DNA from: an uncultured Haloferula sp.
GTDB lineage: Bacteria > Verrucomicrobiota > Verrucomicrobiia > Verrucomicrobiales > Akkermansiaceae
Direction: 5' to 3'
DNA: 64,000 nucleotides
Assembly (NCBI GenBank): GCA_965652295.1
Contig: CBFGTS010000003.1
Coordinates: 128,001-192,000 of the forward strand
Position numbers and translations under genes: made by a program. Positions 1 through 9,122 of the stretch are shown piece by piece. Each line of letters begins with the position of its first letter. The stretch's first letter is position 1. The notes beneath the pieces were generated by a model. The model was given only the letters and a program-made list of their open reading frames with translations, made no database searches and had not been told where the DNA came from.

Positions 1-395
1 AGCACGTTGTTGTGCCCGTGGACGGCATCGACGCCGAAAAGCAGCGGAATCGCGAGGCGGGTCTCGAGGGCTTCCTTCTGCGCGCTGTCATACATGTTCT
101 GCCACGACTCCCGCGAGTTCCCACCGTCAGGGTCCGAACTGCCGCCGCACAGAACCGAGCCCAGAAACAAACTCTCGATGTCGTCCAGGCTCTTCAGCGC
201 CTTCCAATCCGGCTGGGTCATCTGCCCCACCTTTTCCGCGAGCGTCATGCGGGAAAGCACCTCGCGCACCTCGGCATCGCGGGCCGTCATCCACTCCGGA
301 GAGGCCGCAGCTGCGATCCGGACGGAGAGGATGGCAAGAGCCACCGTCGTCAATCCCGCCGCCATCGCCCGTGTCATATCGTGCCGTTGTTTCAT
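1..395 (-). CDS. Glycoside hydrolase family 3 (beta-glucosidase-like), N-terminal part; runs off the left edge
   Basis: Manual translation from ATG 395: signal-peptide-like start, then MTLAEKVGQMTQ, GSVLCGG and IPLLFGVDAVHGHNNV, all GH3 motifs. Not in the ORF track because it is truncated. Confidence 0.9.
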   Translation of the reverse strand, partial: MKQRHDMTRAMAAGLTTVALAILSVRIAAAASPEWMTARDAEVREVLSRMTLAEKVGQMTQPDWKALKSLDDIESLFLGSVLCGGSSDPDGGNSRESWQNMYDSAQKEALETRLAIPLLFGVDAVHGHNNV

Positions 396-641
396 ATCGT
401 TTCCGTTCACCTGAAAACTCTCGGCAACCACCAGCGCAGAGAGCCTTTCCACCATAGGCTTCGGGGGACCTTATTCCATCCCCCGTTGCAGTGATTCTTT
501 TCCCCCTCCACCGCCACATGATGGCGGATGGACACTGATGAGGAGAGAGGCCGGTCAGTCACTCGGAGGAGGTCGGAGTCGTTCCGAACCACCTTGAAGC
601 CATCCTTTTCTCCCGGCGGTCACTCCCCCCCGGGGACGGCT

Positions 642-870
642 CTACCTGCAGTCCGGCAAGGTGATCCCATCCACCCAACGGCCTTTGATCAACAGCTCCC
701 GCATCCGTTACGGAACCCCACGTTCGTTGTCGTGGATCATCGAAAGCAACTGCAGCACGGCGCAGCGGCCGATCCCCATCGCATCCTGATCGATACCCGC
801 ATCGATGTTCTTCTATGAATGGATCGAGGTGGGAACTCCGATCAGAAGCGTATCATCAGGAGGATCAAAG
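642..870 (-). pseudogene. C-terminal remnant of a LacI-like regulator
   Basis: Reads ...SIHS*KNIDAGIDQDAMGIGRCAVLQLLSMIHDNERGVP*RMRELLIKGRWVDGITLP with two in-frame stops. Resembles the AGIDQ...G.W..G.TLP tail of verrucomicrobial LacI proteins (from memory). Confidence 0.5.
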
Positions 871-887
871 CCAGTGATTGTGAAGAG

Positions 888-944
888 TGCCACCGGGGGG
901 ACTCGAACCCCCACGCCGGTTGCCCGGCAGCGGATTTTAAGTCT
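888..944 (-). tRNA. 3' half of tRNA-Leu(TAA); att-site duplication, not an intact tRNA
   Basis: Minus strand reads GACTTAAAATCCGCTGCCGGGCAACCGGCGTGGGGGTTCGAGTCCCCCCGGTGGCA: TAA anticodon loop, long variable arm, T-arm GTTCGAGT and 3' acceptor strand. There is no D-arm or 5' acceptor strand (GCCACCG) upstream. Confidence 0.88.
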
Positions 945-1095
945 GTAGTGCTTCCGGGCTCTCCACTGGTGTTCAATGCCTTACATTCCGCAAATTCTGC
1001 CACTTCCGGTATTTCTCAGAAAATAAGGGCAATTCGGGCAGGAAACCTCCCAAGTTGGTGTTGCTAAATCCGCAGCGCCGGCTTGAGCTTGGGCT

Positions 1096-2289
1096 ATGGC
1101 AAGGAGGCCGAGTTTCAAGGTGCGCAAAACAGCCCACGGGTGGACCATCAACGTACCGTCGGGTCTTTCCGGGTCTGGAAAACGGGAACGACACTTCCAT
1201 GAAACCAAGGAGAAAGCCACGGCCCATGCCAGCCGTCTTCGCGACCAGTACAGAAGCTTCGGGGAAGCATCGGCCACCATTCGCCCAAGCCTTGCCGAGG
1301 CTGCAACAAGCGCCGAAAAAATCCTGGAGCCGTGGGGCATCTCCCTCGTTGAGGCCGCTAGGATGGTGGCCCGCCTCAAGGAGGCTGAGGCCACAAGCAA
1401 AGTCCTGGAGGAAGCGGTCGATGCATGGCTACTAGCCTGCGAAGGATTGCGGCCCAGAACACTGGATGGCTACCGCCAGACAGCTCGCCTTCTGAAGACC
1501 CACCTCGCGGGCAAGGTCCTTACCTCCATCACGTCTGATCACCTTCAGGATGCTGTCGCCCCCTTGGGGTCAACCGGTGCCGCTACACGCGGGCGAATCA
1601 GAAACTCCAAGGCCTTCTGGAGATGGGCCGCGAAGAAAGGCTGGTGCGACATCAAGGTTTTCGACGGCGTCGAGACACCAAAAAGCGGCCGGGACCATGG
1701 CGAGATCGCCATTCTGACCCCGACGACCGCCGCGCACCTTTTAGCCACAGTAGAAGCTTACTACCCGGCCGCGGTGGCGTCGTACGCACTTCAGCTCTTT
1801 GCGGGCATCCGCACCGAGGAATTGCGCCGCCTCGAAACCCAACATGTATCCCCCGAGGGAATTGAGCTCCCAGCCGAAGTGACGAAGAGAGGCCGAAGGC
1901 GGCACATCACACCAAGCCCCACTTTGAAGGCGTGGCTGGTTGAATACCCGTTCCAACCATGCGCCAATTGGAGGGAGGTCGACAAAGCCTGCCGTCGACT
2001 TTCCGGATGGGACCTTGGTTCCCGATTACTGGAAGCTCGGGACGACTTTGAAATGCTGCCCAAGCCGACCTTGGGAAAATGGCCACAGAACGCCCTCCGG
2101 CACTCGCATGCTTCTTACGCGGTTGCGGTCGGCGTTCCGCTGGAGAGCCTTCTATTCGAGTTCGGCCACGCTGGCTCACCGGCAGTCCTTCGTGAGCACT
2201 ACGTGGGACGGGCCAGTCGGAAGGAAGCCATCGCCTTCTTCGCAATCGGCCCGAACGGCTCTGCCATCCAAAGCGTGGTAGCAGCCTGA
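1096..2289 (+). CDS. Tyrosine recombinase/integrase
   Basis: Catalytic motifs FAGIRTEEL (R), TKRG (K), NALRHSHASY and FGH...EHY; adjacent to the tRNA fragment. Confidence 0.93.
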   Translation: MARRPSFKVRKTAHGWTINVPSGLSGSGKRERHFHETKEKATAHASRLRDQYRSFGEASATIRPSLAEAATSAEKILEPWGISLVEAARMVARLKEAEATSKVLEEAVDAWLLACEGLRPRTLDGYRQTARLLKTHLAGKVLTSITSDHLQDAVAPLGSTGAATRGRIRNSKAFWRWAAKKGWCDIKVFDGVETPKSGRDHGEIAILTPTTAAHLLATVEAYYPAAVASYALQLFAGIRTEELRRLETQHVSPEGIELPAEVTKRGRRRHITPSPTLKAWLVEYPFQPCANWREVDKACRRLSGWDLGSRLLEARDDFEMLPKPTLGKWPQNALRHSHASYAVAVGVPLESLLFEFGHAGSPAVLREHYVGRASRKEAIAFFAIGPNGSAIQSVVAA

Positions 2290-2833
2290 GCCTTCACGAA
2301 GCCCTCAGCCTTCACGCCAGCTCCGCAACGGAGGGTCCCGGCCATCGCACTTCAGCGAACAGCCGCTTCAACACCAAGCAACACGCGGATTCTGCCTCTG
2401 ATTCCTTCCACACCTTCCAGATTCGGTCTGTGCTGGGCGTCACGATCGCACATGGGGCCGTCAACCACTATGGCTCAGTCGTTGAAGCAGTGGGCGGTGG
2501 AGGCCACCACTAGCCTCAGTTTCTCGCGGCGTAGAAAGAAGTCCGGCTAATTACTCCCGCCCCTCCCACAGCACCTCCCTCTTGAAGAGCATTCGAGTGG
2601 GCCACGGTAGTGCCTGGAAATCGTCGCCCACGACGGCCCTGCGGAGAACTGACCACGCCGGACCATCCACCCGGTGCTTCCGGCAGCGCAGATAGCGCTG
2701 GTTCTGCTTGCCTCCTTACTACGTGAAAACTGCGCACCACCCCGTGAAGTTTCCAGCCCGGTTGCTGCCGCTTCCCGCCCTTGCGGCCTTCGCTCATTCT
2801 AGCTAGATCCATGGTGAACCCGGCCTTCTACCC

Positions 2834-3697
2834 TTGCCCGACCGCGTCCTCCTCACCTTCACCGGCCTCCACGATCCCTTCGTTCCCACCGCGACCGAGG
2901 GGGTCGTGGAAGCTGGCCCCGTCCTCACGGTTGTCGCCGAGCGTCCGTTCGAGGCCATCTACTTGTTCTCCACCCCCAAGACATCCGAGATCAGCGTCGA
3001 GACAAAGAAGGCCATTCAGGAGAAACACAAGGGCACCAAGGTCGAGATCCTGGACGTCCCGCTGAAGGATCCGACCAACTACCTCGGGATCCTCCGGCAG
3101 CTCCGGAAACACTTCCGCGCGATCCAGCGCCGCCATCCGGACGCCGCGTTCTCCATCTCGGTCTCGTCCGGCACCCCCCACATGCACGCCTCGTGGGTAC
3201 TGCTGACAGCGTCCGGCGAAATCCCGGCAACACTCCTCCAGTCCACCGCCCGTCAGTTCGTCCCCGTGGGAAAATCCCAGGTGCGGGAAATCGACATTCT
3301 GGCGGAGGATTTCCCTCGCATCACCCGGACCCTCGGTAGCCAAGCGCCAGATACTGACGAGGAAGCGGAAATCGCCGCCCTCTGCCACCAGGAGGGCATC
3401 ATCGGCTCGGATCCCGGCTTCCTGCGAGCCCTCCGGGAGGCCTACCTCTTCGGCCAGTATGACGATACCCACGTCCTCCTCCTCGGGGAAACCGGCAGCA
3501 GCGGATCCATGAAGGACATCGGAAAGGTGAAGATGTTGGAAGTCCCGACCCCCCTGCCGCCGATAGACCTTCAAAATCGCTTCGCTGCCCTCGCAAACAA
3601 GATTCAGGGAGAAATCGCAAACGCAACCACTTCATTGGAAGAAGCAGAAAGCCTCTTTACCTCCCTCCAACAACGCGCCTTCCGGGGCGAACTCTAG
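2834..3697 (+). pseudogene. Chimeric ORF: RtcR-like N-domain plus start of a sigma54 AAA domain, fused to a type I RM HsdS C-terminus
   Basis: TFTGLHDP...SSGTPHM (RtcR/CARF-like), then IIGSD...VLLLGETGS (Walker A cut before GK), then SGSMKDIGK...PLPPIDLQNRFA...LFTSLQQRAFRGEL (HsdS tail). Confidence 0.8.
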
Positions 3698-3720
3698 CAA
3701 GCCATCAACACACAATTACC

Positions 3721-4983
3721 ATGTCAGATCTGGCTCAAGAACTCGATACGTTGTCCGACTCGTGGTCACACGCGCTGACGGTGCTCAAAGGGAACCCCGA
3801 CATTGTGCAAGCGGTAGTGCCTGGGGTGAGCATCGAACAGGTTGATGACACCGTCAAAACGCTGATCCACTGGGCATCCAAAGTGAGAGCCCCACACGGA
3901 TTTCGACCAATTTATCCGATTATCAAGCTTCAGCTTTCAGCTTCTGTGAAGAAGCTGGCTCAACAGGCACAGAACCTGAAAGGCGATCCAACGACTCATT
4001 TCCCGGCTTTCGTTGCACAGCTAGTCCAATGCTTTGCTCCCATTACCGCTGCGTGCACCTTTTCGGAAAAAGCTGAGGCACACAGGATGGTCGCCGATCT
4101 GGGTGGCGAGCTTGGGCAGCATATAGCCTTGATGACGACCGCCCAGAAGGAACTGGACGAAAAAATGGCGCTTCTTGGGAAATCTCAGGAGACCGCGGAC
4201 GAGATTTCCGATCAGGCGGAACAAGCACAGGCTGACGCAACGAAAATCCAGACATTCGTCACTTCACTAGAGGGTCAATCTACAACCGCTGCGTCCCATC
4301 TGGAATCCATTGAATCGGCAAATACCGAGATTGAGGCAGCGAAAACAAGGACAGCGGCCTTGGAAAAGCAGAATGAAACCCTCCAAACCAAGCTTCAGGA
4401 TCAATCGAAGCGTTTGCAGGACCTTATCGAAAAAACAGCCGCTCAACAAAAACTGATCGATGATTTGCTCCCGCGAGGGACCAGCGCAGGTCTGGCTGCT
4501 GCATTCAATCAGCAGCGAATCCGCTTTGGCCGTTCGCAAGCAGGATGGGCTGTCACCTTTCTCATCAGTGTCGGCATGCTGATCACCTTCGCTTGGCACA
4601 TCAAAGCCGGCCTGCCGTCCACCAGCTCATCTGATGTGTGGGCCTATTTGCTGTATCGAATACCGCTGGCTTCTCCAATGATTTGGTTAGGCTGGTTCAG
4701 CGCAATCCAATATGGCAATGTTCTGCGTCTGAAAGAGGACTATGCCTTCAAGGAAGCAACTTCCATGGCGTTTGCCGGTTATCGTGATCATATGGACCAC
4801 CTAGGAGGTCTCGCCGAGCCCGACGGCACTACTGCCCTGAACAAGCTGGCACTAGTAACAATCACCATCCTTGGAAGCGATCCACTCCGTCTTCTCCAAG
4901 GCCAATCGTCAGACGTTTCGCCGCTCGACAAGATTTCTGCTCTTCTGAATGGCACGAAGTCTCAGAAAGATACGAAGGAATAG
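3721..4983 (+). CDS. Coiled-coil protein with C-terminal membrane anchor, of a type common in defence islands
   Basis: 420 aa; long Q/E/K heptad region, two TM helices, then LRLKEDYAFKEATSMAFAGY. Confidence 0.8.
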   Translation: MSDLAQELDTLSDSWSHALTVLKGNPDIVQAVVPGVSIEQVDDTVKTLIHWASKVRAPHGFRPIYPIIKLQLSASVKKLAQQAQNLKGDPTTHFPAFVAQLVQCFAPITAACTFSEKAEAHRMVADLGGELGQHIALMTTAQKELDEKMALLGKSQETADEISDQAEQAQADATKIQTFVTSLEGQSTTAASHLESIESANTEIEAAKTRTAALEKQNETLQTKLQDQSKRLQDLIEKTAAQQKLIDDLLPRGTSAGLAAAFNQQRIRFGRSQAGWAVTFLISVGMLITFAWHIKAGLPSTSSSDVWAYLLYRIPLASPMIWLGWFSAIQYGNVLRLKEDYAFKEATSMAFAGYRDHMDHLGGLAEPDGTTALNKLALVTITILGSDPLRLLQGQSSDVSPLDKISALLNGTKSQKDTKE

Positions 4984-5117
4984 CTCCCTATCACGCTTGA
5001 AGCACAAGACTGAGTTCCGCGTCTCCAACGAATTTTCCGAAGCATAACCACTTATCGAAAAACAGGCTCCGACTGTCCCGCGTGCCGGCAATACCCTGAT
5101 TATTCCAAATCGACCGT

Positions 5118-5561
5118 ATGCATCAATCCCTCCCCAATATTGACTTTGCTTCCATTCGCCCACTTCGCGGGAAGCAGACGGACGGCTTCGAAGAGCTGTC
5201 CGTCCAGCTGTTCCACGGCGAAACCGAAGGCCACGGGGAGTTCTTCGCCATCGAGGGATCTGGCGGCGACGGAGGAGTCGAGGCCTACCGCACACGCGCG
5301 GATGACACCAAGGTGGCCGTCCAGTCCAAGTATTTCGACCAGCTCGGCACCGCCCAATGGAACCAGATCACCAAATCCGTTAAGTCCGCGCTTGAGAATC
5401 ATCCCACGCTCCGCGCCTACATCGTCTCGACCCCGCTGAATCGGACTCCCGCCCAGACGGAGAAGTGGAAGGCCCTCACCGCCGAGTGGCCCGCTTGGTC
5501 AGCGTCTTCGTCGGACCGTCAGCGGCAAACCAAGAAAACCCAGTGCTATGGTGGTCGTTGA
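5118..5561 (+). pseudogene. Truncated N-terminal restriction-endonuclease-like domain of a larger NTPase (NACHT/Avs-like) gene
   Basis: FEELSVQLF...GSGGDGGVEAY...VQSKYF (D...QxK nuclease signature). Plausible coding sequence stops near 5490, where the convergent PEP-CTERM gene ends. Confidence 0.65.
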
Positions 5562-6128
5562 AATCTCTGGAACGACGGCAATCGTGCCGGCCCATGGTCC
5601 TAAAACCACCAGCCCTGCTTGAGGCAGCTTTGCCGGGAGGGAAAGCAGGTTCTCCCCGTCCGATAGCAAAACCGCCGCCAACTCAGGGTCATTCAATGCT
5701 GCCTCATACACCTCGTAGGTGATGAAGGCAGGAATCCCAATCGGAGGCCACAAGACATCGGTATCAGGATCGAAACTCACGAAGCCATCCGCGGGAGTTG
5801 AGAGCCAAGGGTTGGCCGGAATAGGCGAGAGGGTAGGAAGCTCGATGAATTCCGAGAACGCCAGCGAGATGGCGATGTCATCGCCCGACATCGTCGAGAT
5901 CAGCTCAAGCTCGGAAGAAGCGGAGCATCCCTTCGGTATCCACACCGAGTAGCTCACGCTATCCCCGTCGACGTGAAAAAATGCCGCGGCGTTGACCATC
6001 CATCGTTCTTTTCCATCAGAGGTGGAATACTCGAAGGGCATCTTGAGCCGTGCCTCAAGAATCGTCGCCGCTTGTAGCGAAAGCGCTTGGGCCAAAAGCC
6101 AGACTGCAATTCCGATACTCCGAAACAT
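5499..6128 (-). CDS. PEP-CTERM sorted surface protein
   Basis: Signal peptide from ATG 6128 (MFRSIGIAVWLLAQALSLQA); C-terminus VVPEISTTTIALGFLGLPLTVRRRR. Confidence 0.8.
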   Translation of the reverse strand: MFRSIGIAVWLLAQALSLQAATILEARLKMPFEYSTSDGKERWMVNAAAFFHVDGDSVSYSVWIPKGCSASSELELISTMSGDDIAISLAFSEFIELPTLSPIPANPWLSTPADGFVSFDPDTDVLWPPIGIPAFITYEVYEAALNDPELAAVLLSDGENLLSLPAKLPQAGLVVLGPWAGTIAVVPEISTTTIALGFLGLPLTVRRRR

Positions 6129-6189
6129 GCCGAAGTAGGCGACCTCAGTGTGAAAACTGCAAACACGAAGTGAATACCTGAGGCCGGGA

Positions 6190-6620
6190 TTAAAATCCAC
6201 CGATCCGCTCCGACTCGACGTCGGACTCCCCCAGATCTGCATCGGCCACCTCATCGGCTGTGATCGCCCCGCTCATCCGCGCCCCGCAGGCGATGCAGCC
6301 AAGGATCCCATCGCCCCGGTCGGGGCTCTTCAGCCCTTCCTTTCGCATCTTCTCCTTGTCCTCCACGCGAAGCCGCCCTTTGACGTCCCATTCGCTTCGG
6401 CGCGTCGTGAGCTGCCGTGACGTGATCGGATCGATGACCCGAGGTGGATCCGGCCGCGCTCGATCTCCCTGACCCCGACGTGCCAGACCTCGGCGATCAG
6501 GTTGGCGTATTCCTCGGGCTCGCTCGATGGGTGCCACCATGGAAGCGATTGATCCGCCAACCCAGCTCGGCGAGCATGTCGATGAAGACGGTCCCGAGCC
6601 CGTCCTCACCGATCTTTGAT
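6190..6620 (-). pseudogene. Phage terminase large subunit C-terminal remnant, frameshifted
   Basis: Three frames join: GEDGLGTVFIDMLAELGWRINRFHGG / EEYANLIAEVW...IHL / QLTTRR...GRLRVEDKEKMRKEGLKSPDRGD. Confidence 0.75.
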
Positions 6621-7158
6621 CAGTCGGCCGCTGGCAAGAATCTCAACGAGCGAGAGATGTTTGCCGTCCAGAGGACCGTGAGGTCATGAGTCTTCCGGTA
6701 GCCGACCACCGAGAAGAGGTGCCGCCGCGGTTCGGAGGAAATAGTCCAGAACGACGCTCACGAAACGGCGTCCATCTCCCCCTCCGAAAGCTCGAATCCC
6801 ATCCACATTCCCCAAAGTTTTTGGCGTCCCCCCTTACGTAACTCATTGATAATCGACCTCGGAATTTCATTTTGGCGTACTGTTTTCGGAAAAAGTGTCC
6901 CAAAATAGCGCGCCACTACCCCTTGATTATCAAAGAATTGAACAATCCGACATAGCGCCAGAATGAAAAAATAGTTTGTCCAAGTGTAATGTAGGCCCTT
7001 TCTGGCGCTCCAAACGGTCCGTTTCTTAGGTCCTGCGGCACGTGAAGGGGACGCTGAAATTCCCTGCTTCAGGGGGGCATCGAAAGAAGAGCCGAGGGGC
7101 AACTCAGGCAGTCCGACCGGAGGCCGACGAAAATCGGAATCGGTGCATTCCGCCGCTT

Positions 7159-8448
7159 CTACGCCACTTCATCCTGTACCCCCGCATTCAGCTGTTTCAA
7201 ACCGTCCTGAATGAGCAGCAGGATCAGAACCCATCCGACGATTCCTAGAATCAAGCCCTTCAGATAATATTCCCACGGAGTTCCCACCAAGGGAACCACC
7301 AATGGGCTATTCCAAAGAGCGTGAAGACCTACGACGAAGAGAAAAACCCGGAGGAACCGAGAATCCAGCAGCATTGAGAAGGCGAAGGCTTTCTTACCCA
7401 TGACCCGCCACAGCGCGGCCCCCGTTGCCGCCGTCCAGATCACGTGTGCGAAGGGAGACAGGAATGCCCTTTCCACCTGTATGCTCGTCCCCGAATACCC
7501 ACCGGCATCAAATCGCAGCGTGTAACCGACCGTCTCGAACGCGGAGAATCCTGCACCGACTGCCGCACCCATCAACATCCCGTTGATGCTCCAGTGGAGG
7601 TGCTTCCAGTGGTGGGCGAAAAACACCAACGCGAGCACCTTTCCCAACTCTTCAATCGGCCCCGCCGCCATCACCCCGAACCATGTAAGCAGCCCAGTCG
7701 CTTCGAATAGAAAGAGGCTTGCAATCATGGAAATGAGACCTCCTCCGATAAACAGCAAAATCACCCGGGTGAGGCTGACGTTTCTCGCCACGTTGACCTC
7801 GAAGAAGAAGATAAGGACTGAAAATGGAACCGCGATCGCTCCAGTCATCAGCCAGCCCGGGTAGAGGTTCAGATTGTCAAACCGCACCAAAGCCCAAAAG
7901 AAGCCGCCTGCCGCAAGGAGCGAGAGGATCAAGAGACGCAGAAAGATCCACGGGCTAGGCCAGGCCACGCCTACTTCCTCCGGTGAGGGCGTCGTGGCCG
8001 AAGTGCCTGCCGCGAAAAGATCCTCGATCTCCTGAAGGGACCCTTTGCGGAACATCCCCGTAAACAGATTTTTGAGAGACTGGTCTTCGAGGCCCTCCAG
8101 TCCTGAGACCTTCGTGACCCCTCCTATCATGCCAGTCCATGCCGTTTTTCCAGTGTTGCCGGTTCGAGCCGTGTGCGGCGATTTCACCCGGAGTTTCAGA
8201 GGCGCGGCGGGTAGGCCCTCTGGGAGAGGGAGCCACGTTTCAGTTCCCTCCGCAGCGATTCGGGTGCTGTCTCCTAAAATCCCGCAAGCATGCAGCTCCC
8301 GAAGAGTTCCAGCAGAGACCGGACCGTGAACGTTCTCGTCGTCCGAGGTGTAGAACCACCGAGGCTCCAATGGGGGCGGCTGGCTTGAGATCGCGGCACC
8401 TGGGGCAAACGTCGCCGGGGAAGCGACCGATTCAGAAATCTCACTCAC
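7159..8448 (-). CDS. PrsW-family intramembrane glutamic protease with N-terminal GYF_2-like domain
   Basis: WFY...HGPVS..TLREL (GYF_2); GPIEELGK, GFSAFETVGY, FAHVIWT and LHALWN (PrsW). Confidence 0.88.
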   Translation of the reverse strand: MSEISESVASPATFAPGAAISSQPPPLEPRWFYTSDDENVHGPVSAGTLRELHACGILGDSTRIAAEGTETWLPLPEGLPAAPLKLRVKSPHTARTGNTGKTAWTGMIGGVTKVSGLEGLEDQSLKNLFTGMFRKGSLQEIEDLFAAGTSATTPSPEEVGVAWPSPWIFLRLLILSLLAAGGFFWALVRFDNLNLYPGWLMTGAIAVPFSVLIFFFEVNVARNVSLTRVILLFIGGGLISMIASLFLFEATGLLTWFGVMAAGPIEELGKVLALVFFAHHWKHLHWSINGMLMGAAVGAGFSAFETVGYTLRFDAGGYSGTSIQVERAFLSPFAHVIWTAATGAALWRVMGKKAFAFSMLLDSRFLRVFLFVVGLHALWNSPLVVPLVGTPWEYYLKGLILGIVGWVLILLLIQDGLKQLNAGVQDEVA

Positions 8449-8519
8449 GCCAGCGAGCCAACACTACCGTGGGTGAGGTGTAAAGAATCTGCGTTCGTCA
8501 CTACGGTCGAGGTTCATTG

Positions 8520-8750
8520 ATGGAAAAACCGACGGTCGATGCCCTGTACCAGCGTCTTCGCGAGCTGCGCCAGCAACGCGGTTGGACGCAGGAGCAGTTC
8601 GCAGAGGCCTCCGGCATTTCCTACAAATACTACCAAGCGGTCGAAGCTGGACGTAAGCGCGACCTCCGCCTTTCGACCCTGATCCGTTTGGCGAAGGCCC
8701 ATGATCTGGCGGTGTGGGAGCTCCTGCGGTTTCCGGAAGCTGATCGCTAG
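8520..8750 (+). CDS. XRE-family HTH regulator
   Basis: LRELRQQRGWTQEQFAEASGISYKYYQAVEAG. Confidence 0.88.
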   Translation: MEKPTVDALYQRLRELRQQRGWTQEQFAEASGISYKYYQAVEAGRKRDLRLSTLIRLAKAHDLAVWELLRFPEADR

Positions 8751-9027
8751 CAGGTTCAAGCACTGACCGCCCGACATCTGAGTCAGCGGAGGTGTCCAGA
8801 TCGGCCTCCAGCCCGGCGGCGGCAAGATGCAGACCGGCTACCTCTGGAAACTGGCTCTTTATCGGCAACTGTCAGAGCTTGGTCCTTCATCGGTTGCTTG
8901 CGTTGGTATCGTTGCGTGTTCCTTCGTCAGCTCTGACACCTTCCTCCCCCGACAGCGCATTGCCGGAAAGAAGGCCTCGAAGTTCTTCCTCTAGGCGCAT
9001 TTTCTCATATGATTCGCAAATCCCCCC

Positions 9028-9050
9028 ATTTAAAGAGTTCTGTTTCTTTT
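9028..9050 (+). promoter_or_regulatory. Degenerate copy of the island operator motif upstream of nirK
   Basis: ATTTAAAGAGTTCTGTTTCTTTT has the same AAAGA-N8-TCYTT spacing as 16948 and 22023. Confidence 0.5.
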
Positions 9051-9122
9051 TTTCTTTTTTTCTACCTACCGGACCCCAATCTGCCTTTGAATCAAACATT
9101 CAAACCAACCCTACCGTTTATC

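Noticed and set aside
888..980. Intact tRNA-Leu gene
   Set aside because: The 5' acceptor strand and D-arm are absent, and the 5' side of the anticodon stem does not pair.
2290..2316. agccttcacg direct repeat after the integrase stop
   Set aside because: Only two 10-mers; could be arm-type sites but cannot be told from chance.
6922..6932. FNR/DNR box
   Set aside because: TTGAT and ATCAA are separated by 1 nt rather than 4.
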